A stretch of DNA of 43,510 bases from Candidatus Hadarchaeales archaeon (GTDB taxonomy: Archaea; Hadarchaeota; Hadarchaeia; Hadarchaeales; JAWBSP01): NCBI GenBank assembly GCA_038842485.1, contig JAWBSP010000010.1, positions 1 to 43,510 of the forward strand, read 5' to 3'. This document shows positions 18,401 to 28,023 of this stretch, piece after piece. Below the pieces are notes generated by a model, which saw only the letters and a list, made by a program, of their open reading frames with translations, did no database searches and was not told the DNA's origin. Each line of letters starts with the position of its first letter. Within the stretch, counting starts at the first letter, position 1. Made by a program: the position numbers and the translations under genes.

Positions 18401-19908
18401 TGGAGGTCAAAACCATTTGTCCCCACTGTGGTCTTTTATGCGACCTCACCCTCTTGAAGGAGAGAGAAATCCTAGGAACGGTCCCAAGCCCGCTGTGCGT
18501 GAAAGGGCTGCTAGCCTGGACCATCACCTACGACCAGAGCAGGATCTACCAGCCCATGATGAGAAAGGGGAGAAAACATGCCACCATCCACTGGAAGGAG
18601 GCTGTGGAGACGATGAGAAGAAAAATCAAAAACAAGGGGGCTCTCACCTTCGTGGTTTCGGGGAGTTGCACCGAGGAGGAGCTCGCCTGGATTTACTCCC
18701 TCTCTAATTCCCTAGGCGCCCCCATGGTGACTACCGATCCCGTTCTGTCCGCCTCGATTTTCTGTAAACAGGCCACCATTTCGGACCTCGAAACTGCCGA
18801 TGTAATTTTTATACTCGGGGAACTTCTCGAGTTCCACCCAGTTCTCGCAGGGCAAATCTTGAGGTCGAAGTATGAAAGAGGAACGAGGCTTTTCTGCCTT
18901 TCGAGCAGGCTTGGTCCATCAAGCTGGTTCTCCGAAACCCTGCAACCCCTACCAGGCGGAGAATCCCTCGTGCTCCTCCACATGGCGCAGATGCTGATTC
19001 AACAGGGGACATATAAAAAGGAGCAGGAGAAAATCCCAGGCTTCCCCGAATTCAGGAGCACTCTCAAAGCACTTCCCCCGGTTGATAGGGCGGGAATCAA
19101 ACCCCTCGCCCTTTCCCCCGTGGTTGATGCGCTGGCGAAGGCAAAGAAACCCCTTTTTGTGGTAACCCCTTCCGTCACCAAAACCGATAACTGGAAGGAA
19201 ACCCTCCTGAGCCTTTCCAACCTCGCCCTCCTGCTTGACTGCGGTGTTCTCATAGTTGGTGGACTCGAGAAGGGGCTACGGAAATATGGGGTGGAGGAGT
19301 ACGATGGGAAGAGGAAGAAAGTGGCCTTTATTTTCAGGTCTGATCCGCGCAGTGTTGATGCCGATTTCAAGATCCTGTTTACACCCTACTTCGTGGAGGA
19401 GGCTGACCTTCTCATTCCGATTCCATGCTTCACCGAACTCTCGGGGACCCTTACTGACGCGGATGGAGGGACCAAAAAGCTGAACAAAATCTCAGATCCC
19501 CCTCAAGATGTGAGGGAGGTGGGGTCGATATTGAGTGAGGTGGTGGAGGAACTGAGGCCTTCCTCTCCTCCCCCCAAGAAACCCCTCTTCGAGTTCAAAG
19601 AAGTGAAGGAGAAAATAAACGTCCCCAGGGTGAGTGCCGGCTTTCCATTTTTGCTATATTCCCAGCCCACTTACTTTAACTTCGACTGGGTGAAGTTAAA
19701 GAAACTGCTGGACCGTTTCCTAGACCTGAAGGATAGCTTTGAATTGAACCCTGAGGACGCTGAAAGGCTAGGAATAAAGGAAGGAGCAGAGGTCATGCTG
19801 AGAACTGAGAAGGAGGAATTCAAGAGGATGGCGCTGGTGAGGAGATCTGTTCCCCCCGGGGTGATATACCTCCCGGACTTTAAGACCTGCGTGGCTGCCG
19901 TGGTGTGA
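18400..19908 (+). CDS. Molybdopterin-oxidoreductase-fold (FdhF/NuoG-like) subunit lacking the catalytic Cys/Sec
   Basis: CPHCGLLC..LCVKG 4Fe-4S motif, TEEE, DLETADVIFILG, HPV, ELSGTLT, LNPEDAERLGI; no CARxC/UH segment. Confidence 0.8.
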   Translation: MEVKTICPHCGLLCDLTLLKEREILGTVPSPLCVKGLLAWTITYDQSRIYQPMMRKGRKHATIHWKEAVETMRRKIKNKGALTFVVSGSCTEEELAWIYSLSNSLGAPMVTTDPVLSASIFCKQATISDLETADVIFILGELLEFHPVLAGQILRSKYERGTRLFCLSSRLGPSSWFSETLQPLPGGESLVLLHMAQMLIQQGTYKKEQEKIPGFPEFRSTLKALPPVDRAGIKPLALSPVVDALAKAKKPLFVVTPSVTKTDNWKETLLSLSNLALLLDCGVLIVGGLEKGLRKYGVEEYDGKRKKVAFIFRSDPRSVDADFKILFTPYFVEEADLLIPIPCFTELSGTLTDADGGTKKLNKISDPPQDVREVGSILSEVVEELRPSSPPPKKPLFEFKEVKEKINVPRVSAGFPFLLYSQPTYFNFDWVKLKKLLDRFLDLKDSFELNPEDAERLGIKEGAEVMLRTEKEEFKRMALVRRSVPPGVIYLPDFKTCVAAVV

Positions 19909-20388
19909 ATGGAGCTCTATTTTGATATAGATCTGTGTGTGGGGTGCCACGCCTGCGAGCTCGCCTGCGCGCTCCAAAATCACGGGGAGAAGCGGATAAA
20001 CATTGAGGTTTTCGGAGGACTTTTCCCGCTCTCGGGGGTTTGCCGTCAATGCGAGAACAGCCCCTGCGTTCAGGTCTGCCCGAAGGAGGCCATAAAGAGA
20101 ACAGGGGATGCCGTAAAGATAAACGAGAACCTCTGCATAGGGTGCCGCTCCTGCTCCATCGCCTGTCCCTTTGGAAACATAGACTTCCTGGAATCAAGAA
20201 GGGTTTCGGTCAAGTGCGACGAATGCCTTGGTCGCTTGAAGGAGGGAGAGCGGCCCCCATGCGCCAGGGTCTGCCCAACCGGTGCTTTGAGATTCTGTGA
20301 GTATGAGGAGATGGAGAAGGTCGCGAGCACCGCAAAACGGAGAAGGGAGATGGTAGGGCCCAGAATCTTCGCCTGGAGACCAAAATGA
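19909..20388 (+). CDS. HycB/HyfA/CooF-like polyferredoxin (4x[4Fe-4S])
   Basis: CVGCHACELAC, CRQCENSPCVQVCP, CIGCRSCSIACP, KCDEC..PCARVCP. Confidence 0.9.
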   Translation: MELYFDIDLCVGCHACELACALQNHGEKRINIEVFGGLFPLSGVCRQCENSPCVQVCPKEAIKRTGDAVKINENLCIGCRSCSIACPFGNIDFLESRRVSVKCDECLGRLKEGERPPCARVCPTGALRFCEYEEMEKVASTAKRRREMVGPRIFAWRPK

Positions 20389-20825
20389 GGGCTGAAGAGC
20401 TGCTGGAGGAGATAAAGCAAAAATTCGGTGAGATTTTCCTCGAGGGGGGACTTAAACCTCACCTTGGGGCTAACCCCAGGATTTTCGTCAGGGTGTCAAA
20501 GGAGAGGATCCTCGATGCTGCAAAGAAGATGGTTGAGATGGGTTACAGGCTCTGCACCGTGAGCTGCGTAGAGCACATGTCCTTTTTCGAATTGATTTAC
20601 CATTTCTCTCTTGACCAAGAAAAAGTGCTGGCAAACCTGAGGATCGAGGTTCCAAAATCGAGTCCGAGAGTTGATTCTATAACCAGTGCGACGAAGGGAG
20701 CCCTATTCATAGAAAGGGAGATCCACGATCTGTTCGGAGTGGAGTTCGTGGGCCATCCGGATCTCCGAAGACTTATACTGGCGGACGACTGGCCCAAGGA
20801 GGTCTTTCCGCTCAGGAAGGGGTGA
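20385..20825 (+). CDS. NuoC-like hydrogenase subunit
   Basis: LIYHF, EREIHDLFGVEFVGHPDLRRL, FPLRK. Confidence 0.92.
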   Translation: MRAEELLEEIKQKFGEIFLEGGLKPHLGANPRIFVRVSKERILDAAKKMVEMGYRLCTVSCVEHMSFFELIYHFSLDQEKVLANLRIEVPKSSPRVDSITSATKGALFIEREIHDLFGVEFVGHPDLRRLILADDWPKEVFPLRKG

Positions 20826-20829
20826 GGAG

Positions 20830-21987
20830 ATGCCGGTTATCCCAATAGGTCCGTTCCACCCTGCCCTTAAGGAACCCGAGTTTTTCAAATTGTACGTGAA
20901 GGGGGAGCAGGTGGTGGGTGTCGACATAAGAATTGGCTGGGTACACAGAGGTATAGAAAAGCTTTCCGAGGGGTTGACCTTCGAGCAGATCCCCTTCCTC
21001 GTCGAGCGGATATGCGGTATATGCTCCAATGTTCACCCCCTCTGCTACGTCCAGGCGGTCGAGGATATTGCCCAGATAGAGGTTCCAGACAGAGCCAGAT
21101 ACATAAGAGTTATAATTGCGGAGCTCGAGCGGATTCACAGTCACCTCTTATGGCTGGGGGTTGCCGGGCACCTCATAGGTTTCGACACCCTACTCATGTG
21201 GGCTTGGAAATACAGAGAGCCTGTGCTGGACCTCTTCGAGCTCATGACCGGGAACAGGCAGAACTATGCCATGCAGGCGGTCGGAGGGGTCAGGTATGAT
21301 ATAAAACCAGAGCATGTACCGAAGATCCTAGAGGTCCTAAAGACGGTTGAGAAGGAGACAAAAAAAGCCGTTGGAATGGTGGAGGGCGACCCAGTTACCA
21401 AGAAGAGATTGGAGGGAATCGGATTATTAACCACGGAACAGGCACGGGACTTCTGCGTTGTGGGTCCAACCGCAAGGGGATCGGGATTGAAGATCGATGT
21501 GAGGAGGGATGACCCATATGCGGCCTATGGCGAACTGAGCTTTGATGTTCCTGTATACACTTCCGGGGACAACCTTGCCAGAGTTCTCGTGAGGATGGAC
21601 GAACTCCTCCAATCGGTCGAGCTTGTGAGACAGGCCCTAGATGGGCTTCCAAGAGGTGAGATAAGGGCAGAGTTTAAAGAGGTTCCGCCGGGAGAGGGGA
21701 TTGGGCGTGCTGAGGCCCCTAGAGGGGAGGACATACACTATGTTAAAACCGATGGAAGAAACACGCCCTTCAGGCACAAGATAAGAGCACCGACTTACGC
21801 CAACCTTCCCGCCCTCTCGGTCATGCTGCCAAACTACACCCTAGCCGATGCGGTGATAACCCTCGGCTCGATCGATCCTTGCTTCAGCTGCACCGAGAGG
21901 GTTGCGGTGGTTGATGTCCGGACGGGGAAGAAGAGGCACTTGAGCGAGGAGGAACTGGTGGAGATTTCCAGAAAACATGGGGCTTAA
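20830..21987 (+). CDS. Group 4 [NiFe]-hydrogenase large subunit
   Basis: GPFHP, HRGIEK, L1 ERICGICSNVH, EAPRGE, L2 DPCFSCTER plus cleavable C-terminal tail. Confidence 0.96.
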   Translation: MPVIPIGPFHPALKEPEFFKLYVKGEQVVGVDIRIGWVHRGIEKLSEGLTFEQIPFLVERICGICSNVHPLCYVQAVEDIAQIEVPDRARYIRVIIAELERIHSHLLWLGVAGHLIGFDTLLMWAWKYREPVLDLFELMTGNRQNYAMQAVGGVRYDIKPEHVPKILEVLKTVEKETKKAVGMVEGDPVTKKRLEGIGLLTTEQARDFCVVGPTARGSGLKIDVRRDDPYAAYGELSFDVPVYTSGDNLARVLVRMDELLQSVELVRQALDGLPRGEIRAEFKEVPPGEGIGRAEAPRGEDIHYVKTDGRNTPFRHKIRAPTYANLPALSVMLPNYTLADAVITLGSIDPCFSCTERVAVVDVRTGKKRHLSEEELVEISRKHGA

Positions 21988-22552
21988 AATAAAAGAGATC
22001 GGGGAGGCACTGAGATCGGCAGCAAGCAAGCCGTTCACCGTCCGCTATCCCTTCGTTCCCTCCCCACCGCCAGAAACGTTCAGGGGAAAGCCAGAATTCA
22101 ACGATAAATGCATGGGGTGCGGGGCCTGCGAGATGGTGTGCCCGGCGGGGGCCATCACGGTGGAGGATGGAGAGCTCAGAAGAATCCAAGTAGAGTACGG
22201 GAGATGTATAAGGTGCGGACAGTGTGCCAGACTTTGCCCGGTGGAGGGGATTAAACTGACAACCGGCTCCTGCGTGATTTCAAAAGGGGAGGAGGAAAGG
22301 ACCCGCACCTCGGTGGAGAGGAAACTCCTAAGGTGTGAAGAATGCGGGGCACCCATAACCGCTAGGGAGCACATGGGGTGGATGCTTGAAAGATTGGGTC
22401 CGCTTTCCTTTTCAAACCCCACTCTAGTTAAATTTTCCCAGCTGCTCTTGGGAGAGGCTGTGCCCGAAACGGAATCCCCCTTCCGCCTCCTCTGTCCCAG
22501 ATGCAGGAGGATGCTTGTACTTTCTGAGCACGGCTGGAGAACCAAGTATTAA
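21977..22552 (+). CDS. HycF/NuoI-like 2x[4Fe-4S] subunit
   Basis: TVRYPF, FRGKP, CMGCGACEMVCP, CIRCGQCARLCP, C-terminal CEEC/CPRC. Confidence 0.92.
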   Translation: MGLKIKEIGEALRSAASKPFTVRYPFVPSPPPETFRGKPEFNDKCMGCGACEMVCPAGAITVEDGELRRIQVEYGRCIRCGQCARLCPVEGIKLTTGSCVISKGEEERTRTSVERKLLRCEECGAPITAREHMGWMLERLGPLSFSNPTLVKFSQLLLGEAVPETESPFRLLCPRCRRMLVLSEHGWRTKY

Positions 22553-22573
22553 ACATTCCCACCTGGCAGGTAA

Positions 22574-22589
22574 TGTTACTATAGTAACA
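22574..22589. repeat. Perfect 16-bp palindrome between the convergent hydrogenase operons
   Basis: TGTTACTATAGTAACA; adjacent ACCTG-G-CAGGT at 22561-22571. Confidence 0.7.
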
Positions 22590-22637
22590 CGCGCTCAACG
22601 GAAAGTTTGCTGGAGATGGCCTTGAAATCGAAAAACT

Positions 22638-23565
22638 TTAGAACAAGACTAAGCAGACAACCAAGTTCGCAAGCACTGGTACCATGAGATAAAGCCAGCA
22701 GAACTTGAAGGCCTGATCGATTCTCGCCCTTGGATTGGCAGCAGCCAGCACCGACAGCACGGCGACCACCAGCACAACCTTGGCCAAGTGGAGGGCTGCA
22801 TCGATGGGCCAGACGCCCAAGGAGGGGGAGGGGAAGTAAAGGGAGACCAAAAGGCTCGAAAGCACGTACAGCTGGATGGCCTTTGAAAGTTTGAGCAGAC
22901 CCAGGAGCGAGCCGGAGTATTCGGTGTAAATCCCGGCCATGAGCTCCGTCTTGGCCTCCGGGATGTCGAAGGGGGGAAGACCCATTTTCGCCAGCATGCA
23001 GACGAAGAAAACGACTGCCGCAGGCAGGCAAGAAATAGATCGGACCCTTTGAGAGGGAAAACCTGACGATGTCCTCAATCCTGAGAGAGCCCGCGCCCAC
23101 CGCCGGAACCAGCAGACAGAGGGCGAAGCTGAGCTCGTACGATAAAACCAGTGCCATCTCCCTGCCGGCCCCCGTCGAGGAGAGGGGATTGCCTGATGCC
23201 ATTCCCCCCACAACTAGGGCCACGGCGAAGAAGGTCAACAGGTAGAGAAGGACCAGAAGATCCCCTCCGAACCCCAATACGGGCGCAGAAGCGGGACCGG
23301 GTATGAGCAAGCTGGCCACCAGAATGGAAGCAAGAGCCAGAACGGGAGCGGAAACGAAGGCCTTCCGGTGGGCCCCGAGGGGGATGACGGTCTCCTTGAA
23401 AATCAGCTTGAAGAAATCCGCAAAGGGCTGGAAGATTGGAGGTCCCACCCTCCACTGTACCCTCGCCACAACCTTCCTCATGACCCACACCAGAAAGAGC
23501 CCGAAACATGCAGCAAACAGGAGGCCTGGAAAGAATAGAGCCCTGAGGAGGAAGAGGGCCGTCAT
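22638..23565 (-). pseudogene. HycD/NuoH-like membrane subunit, frameshifted near 23020-23030 (mutation or assembly error)
   Basis: N-half RKVVARVQWRVGPP..QPFADFFKLIFKE and C-half PFDIPEAKTELMAGIYTEYSG..NPRARIDQ lie in different frames; junction TT-GCCT-GCCT-GCG. Confidence 0.85.
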
Positions 23566-25499
23566 ACCGTCACGTATGGGGAGAGAAATACGAAGAGGAG
23601 GAGCAGCGCCCCCAGCATGAGCACAAGGAGGAGCACTGGAACGTATCCTCCCTTGAGCAGACGTCTGTGCATCCCCCTAGCACCCGATGCCACCCCCCGA
23701 GCCACCCCAACCCAGAACAGGTCAAACCCGCCCCTTCTTGCCACGCGCAGCAGGGGATCGAAGAAATGCTCGGCGCTCCCGCTGAACACATCCGAATGTG
23801 GCCTCAGCTCCTCCCCAAGTATGTCAGCCGACTCCCCCCCTATCACCATCTCGTACTTCTGAGGAGAGCTCACCGCTGGCGCGAAACTGAGCCCTGCCCT
23901 GTATATCGCCAGCCCAAGCAGGATGGAGGCACCGACCGCCGCAGCCAGAACAGCCGAAAGGTAGACTCCTGTCGAAGTCGTGTATCCCAGCCATCCTATC
24001 TCGAGCGGGGAGACCCCAACCGATTCGACCGCAGGGGAAATCACCTTCATGGGGAGCAGGGGAAAGATCCCAAACAGAAGACAAAGCCCCGAAAGAACCG
24101 AGGTTGGGATGACCATGTGGATGGGAACCTCCTCTATTCTCCCGAACCGCTTCGATTTTTGACCAAAGAAAATTGAATGGGCTGCCTTCATGAAGGATGC
24201 CACGGTTAATGCAGAAACGTAAATGGCGATGGCTGCATAAAGCGTGTAGATTGATGAAAAGTTGGAAGTGGAGAGACAAGCCTCATAGATAATGAGTTTG
24301 CTGGCAAAACCGTTGAAGGGTGGGATACCCGAAATCGCGAAAGCAGCGAACAAGAAAGCTAAGGTAGTTAGAGGCATGTCCTTTGCAAGACCCCCCATTT
24401 CATCTATGTTCCTAGTTCCAACCCTATAGATCACCGAGCCAGCACATAGGAAAAGACATGCCTTAAAGAGAGCATGATTTAGGGCGTGGAAAAGTGCACC
24501 GGTAATCCCAAGTGTGGTTCCTACCCCAATTCCAAGAATCATATAACCTATCTGGCTTACAGAGTGAAAAGCCAAAATCCGCTTTATGTCTTTCTCGAGG
24601 AAAGCCATATGAACACCGATCACCATTGTGACAACACCAAAGGTCGCCACCAGAAGTCCTGCCCACTCCAAGAGAGAGGGACCAAGACCGTATACACCTA
24701 GGAGGAACCTGAGCATCCCGTAGATCCCCGCCTTTATCATAATCCCGGAGAGAAGGGCACTTATGGGTGAAGGGGCCTCAGGGTGGGCCTCGGGAAGCCA
24801 AGTGTGGAAAGGCGACATGGCAGCCTTGAACCCGAAGCCGACTAGGCTCAATGCACCAACAGGTAACAACCACCTTCCGGGGGAAATGGCGGCAAGTCCC
24901 CCCCTCCTAGAGAGTTCCACCATGCTCAGCGTCCCAATTCCGGGATGGAAGTAAATGCTCAGAAAGGCGGCCAGAAGACAGAGGGTTCCGACGTGAATCA
25001 TAATGAAGTATTTCATGGCTGCCCTGAGAGAAACCTCCGTTCTGAAGTGACCAACCAGTAGGTAGCAGCTCAGGGTCATCAGCTCCCAGAAGATCAGGAA
25101 CTGGAAGAGGTTGGCAGAACAGAACATCCCGAGCATGCCTCCCCCGAAAAGAAGGAGGATCGAGTAGAACCGGGACTGCCCCTCCCTCCCGGCCATGTAA
25201 CCTGCCGAATGGAGGGTGGAGAGGAAACACAGGAAAATGGTGACGGTTGAGAAGAGAAGCGCTAGGGAATCGAGATAAAGCTCGTAGTTCAGCTTCTGGG
25301 CTGGAGCCCATGGGTAGGAGAGATGTATGGGACCCGTCGAAACCACTTGGGCAAGAAGGATGGCAAGAGGGAGAAGAACCAGAAGAAAAACGCCGGCCGT
25401 GAAATGAGGCCTGAACCTTCCGAGGGCTGGCGCGATGGCAGCCCCTACAAAGGGCAGAAGAAAGAGGTAGGGGATCAGAGAAGTGGGGATCGCTATCAT
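23562..25499 (-). CDS. Proton-translocating antiporter-like subunit (MrpA/HyfB/NuoL family)
   Basis: FWELMT, PFHTWLPEAHPEAPSPISALLSG, KRILAFHS, NHALFKACLF, GIPPFNGFASK. Confidence 0.92.
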   Translation of the reverse strand: MIAIPTSLIPYLFLLPFVGAAIAPALGRFRPHFTAGVFLLVLLPLAILLAQVVSTGPIHLSYPWAPAQKLNYELYLDSLALLFSTVTIFLCFLSTLHSAGYMAGREGQSRFYSILLLFGGGMLGMFCSANLFQFLIFWELMTLSCYLLVGHFRTEVSLRAAMKYFIMIHVGTLCLLAAFLSIYFHPGIGTLSMVELSRRGGLAAISPGRWLLPVGALSLVGFGFKAAMSPFHTWLPEAHPEAPSPISALLSGIMIKAGIYGMLRFLLGVYGLGPSLLEWAGLLVATFGVVTMVIGVHMAFLEKDIKRILAFHSVSQIGYMILGIGVGTTLGITGALFHALNHALFKACLFLCAGSVIYRVGTRNIDEMGGLAKDMPLTTLAFLFAAFAISGIPPFNGFASKLIIYEACLSTSNFSSIYTLYAAIAIYVSALTVASFMKAAHSIFFGQKSKRFGRIEEVPIHMVIPTSVLSGLCLLFGIFPLLPMKVISPAVESVGVSPLEIGWLGYTTSTGVYLSAVLAAAVGASILLGLAIYRAGLSFAPAVSSPQKYEMVIGGESADILGEELRPHSDVFSGSAEHFFDPLLRVARRGGFDLFWVGVARGVASGARGMHRRLLKGGYVPVLLLVLMLGALLLLFVFLSPYVTV

Positions 25500-25816
25500 C
25501 TTCTTCCCCTGTACTCATCGATTACGTTTTGACGGCACGGGCGGACCCCGCTCTTGTATCCCGCCCTCGCTATGGCATGGGAGGCGACGGGGGCGGTGAG
25601 GTATACGAAAAGGACGACCACGAGGGTTTTGGCCGAGAGGGGATCGATGCCCCTCCTAAAGACAATCGCCAGCCCAAACCAGAGGACCCCTATGGTGCAT
25701 AAGGTTGAGGCCTGAATCCTAGTGTAGAGATCCGGAAACCTGGCTATCCCAAGCGAGCCAACCAGACAGAAGATCGCGCCGGCCAGAGCCAAGATTATGT
25801 AAAGGAGCTCAATCAA
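25496..25816 (-). CDS. MrpG/MnhG subunit
   Basis: GIARFPDLYTRIQA, TAPVASHAIARA; TTG start overlapping the end of mrpF. Confidence 0.88.
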   Translation of the reverse strand: MIELLYIILALAGAIFCLVGSLGIARFPDLYTRIQASTLCTIGVLWFGLAIVFRRGIDPLSAKTLVVVLFVYLTAPVASHAIARAGYKSGVRPCRQNVIDEYRGRR

Positions 25817-26063
25817 TCCTACCACGCTCCAAATATTTGCAGACTGCAAGCGTGCTCACGAAGGCTATAAGGGCCAGGGGAATGGCGGTGTCCGAAAGGA
25901 AGGGGCTGTATCTATCCCCAAGAAGGAGCACCACCCCAACCCCCATGGTCCAGATGACATTGGAGGCAAGCAGGATGTCCGCCACTGTGGGGCCCCTGAT
26001 CAGCCTCCAGATGCAAAGGGCAAAGGCAACCACCATGAGCAACATCACGAGCTGGAAGATCAT
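25809..26063 (-). CDS. MrpF/MnhF subunit
   Basis: RLIRGPTVAD, three TM helices. Confidence 0.88.
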   Translation of the reverse strand: MIFQLVMLLMVVAFALCIWRLIRGPTVADILLASNVIWTMGVGVVLLLGDRYSPFLSDTAIPLALIAFVSTLAVCKYLERGRID

Positions 26064-26548
26064 TTGATCCTCCCCAAGTATCTCTCAAAGGGCCCAGAAA
26101 CTTTCTCGGCGATGGCCTTCCGCTCCTTCTCTGTCACGTTGATCCAGTGGACATACAGCATCCCTTTCTTCTCGTTCAAATCCACCACAAAGGTCCCGGG
26201 CGTCATGGTTATAGTGTTCGACAGAAGCGTCACCGCCCATTCCTTCCGCAGGCCCGTCGGCACCCTCACGAATCCGGGCCTCACCCTACCAGTTGCGATG
26301 AGCTTGAACATCGCTGCGCTTGCCTTCAGCATTTCCCAGAGATAGACGAAAATGTATCCAACCATTCTAATCCAAACCCCTGGCTTAAGCTCATCCCTCT
26401 CCCTTCCGGTTAAGGAGAAGGAGGCGAAAAGGAGCGCGCTCAATCCGCCGATCAGAGCCAGCGCGAGCAGGAACTGGAGATCCAGACTGAAGGAGAGGAG
26501 GAGGCAGGAGAGGAAAACGGCGGCCCACACGGAAATTTTCCTTCTCAT
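26060..26548 (-). CDS. MrpE/MnhE subunit
   Basis: PGFVRVP, LSNTITMTPGT, LYVHWI. Confidence 0.9.
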   Translation of the reverse strand: MRRKISVWAAVFLSCLLLSFSLDLQFLLALALIGGLSALLFASFSLTGRERDELKPGVWIRMVGYIFVYLWEMLKASAAMFKLIATGRVRPGFVRVPTGLRKEWAVTLLSNTITMTPGTFVVDLNEKKGMLYVHWINVTEKERKAIAEKVSGPFERYLGRIK

Positions 26549-28023
26549 CTCATCACCTCGGTAATGTATTCGCTCGGGTTCAAGAGCTGGTGGGATATCC
26601 TAGAGGTCAAATCGAGCAGGGGCTGCGGGTAGAGACCGATCAGAAGGATGAGGGCGGAGAGAAGGAGAACCGGACCCAGCATTGTCCCGGGCATCCTCAT
26701 ATTCCCGCTTGGTCCCCTACCCTTCCCTAAGAAAACGAGTTGGAAGACCCTCAGATAGATGGCTAGGAAAAAGATGCTCGTGCCGATGGAGACAACAAGG
26801 GGAACCCACTGACCGTTCTGATAGAGCGCCTCATAGATAAGCAGTTTGCTGAAGAAACCGTTGCAGGGGGGAACTCCCGTCACCGCTAGCCCACCAAGGA
26901 GAAAGGTGGCGGCCTCAGCAGGAGCAACGTTGAGCAGACCACCCATCCTTCTCATGTCCCTAGTGCCCACCCTGTGGATCAGGCAACCTGCGATGAAGAA
27001 TAGCATGGCCTTTGCCAAAGCGTGGTTGAGGAGATGGAAAATCGATCCCTGAAGTCCTAGCTCCCCTGCCCCGAGCCCAACCACCAGGTAGCCCATGGAA
27101 CCAACGGTGGAGTAGGCTAGGAAGCGCTTCAGGTCGGTCTGGATGAGGGCGAGCATCGCCCCCACCACCATGGTTAGCATTCCCAGAGCGAGAAGGGTTG
27201 GCTTGAGAAGTGAGATGTAGTCGAGACCGAAGACCGTGCAGCCCACCCTCAGGATGGCGTAGAACGCCACCTTCACCACCACACCCGAGAGGAGGGCGCT
27301 TATGGGGGAGGGGGCTGCCGGGTGGGCGTCGGGTAGCCAAGTGTGAAGGGGCACTATGGATGACCCAACACCAAGGCCCACCGCGAGGGAGATGAAGCCG
27401 AAAATGGGGAGGGTCCTAGGAGCAATCGGTGCCATGGCCTTCAGACCCTGAGCAATGTATGCAAGATTCAGGTTTCCCGTGAACTCGTATAGAATTCCTA
27501 TGCCCAGCAGGAAGAAGGACATGCCCACCATGCTCAGGATGGCGTATTTGAAGGAGGCCCGGAGCTCGGTTGATCCCCTCAGAAAGCCAACTAAGGCGTA
27601 GGACGAGATGAAGAGGATCTCAAAGAAGACGAACATGTTGAAGAGATCCCCGGTCAGGACAACCCCCTGCATGCCAGCTAGCAGGAACATGAGGAGGGAA
27701 TCATACTGGACCCTGCCTGTGAACTCTCTGGTGTAGGAGATAGAATATGCGATCGCGAGGAGGCCGAGAAGGGAAACTAGAAGGGAAACGGTTGAACTTA
27801 GGTTGTCAACTGCCAAGACGATTCCCGTTGGGGCACGCCAGCCCCCCAGCCTGTAAACAACGATCTCTCCAGAGAGAGTCTGGCAGAGCAGAAGGGCGGA
27901 GGAAACCAGCATGAAGACCCCGGCCACCAAGGAGATGGATTGCCTGATCCTTGCCTGCCTGAAAATAACGTTCAGCCCCCCACAGAGCAGCGGCACCACC
28001 ACGAGGTAGATGGGAGGAATCAT
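26545..28023 (-). CDS. MrpD/MbhH-like antiporter subunit
   Basis: GGW.AP.GI, TGDLFNMFVFFE, PLHTWLPDAHPAAP, KRFLAYS. Confidence 0.92.
   Translation of the reverse strand: MIPPIYLVVVPLLCGGLNVIFRQARIRQSISLVAGVFMLVSSALLLCQTLSGEIVVYRLGGWRAPTGIVLAVDNLSSTVSLLVSLLGLLAIAYSISYTREFTGRVQYDSLLMFLLAGMQGVVLTGDLFNMFVFFEILFISSYALVGFLRGSTELRASFKYAILSMVGMSFFLLGIGILYEFTGNLNLAYIAQGLKAMAPIAPRTLPIFGFISLAVGLGVGSSIVPLHTWLPDAHPAAPSPISALLSGVVVKVAFYAILRVGCTVFGLDYISLLKPTLLALGMLTMVVGAMLALIQTDLKRFLAYSTVGSMGYLVVGLGAGELGLQGSIFHLLNHALAKAMLFFIAGCLIHRVGTRDMRRMGGLLNVAPAEAATFLLGGLAVTGVPPCNGFFSKLLIYEALYQNGQWVPLVVSIGTSIFFLAIYLRVFQLVFLGKGRGPSGNMRMPGTMLGPVLLLSALILLIGLYPQPLLDLTSRISHQLLNPSEYITEVMR

Noticed and set aside
18400-19908. 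Functional or selenocysteine formate dehydrogenase
   Set aside because: No in-frame TGA and the Mo/W-ligand motif is missing
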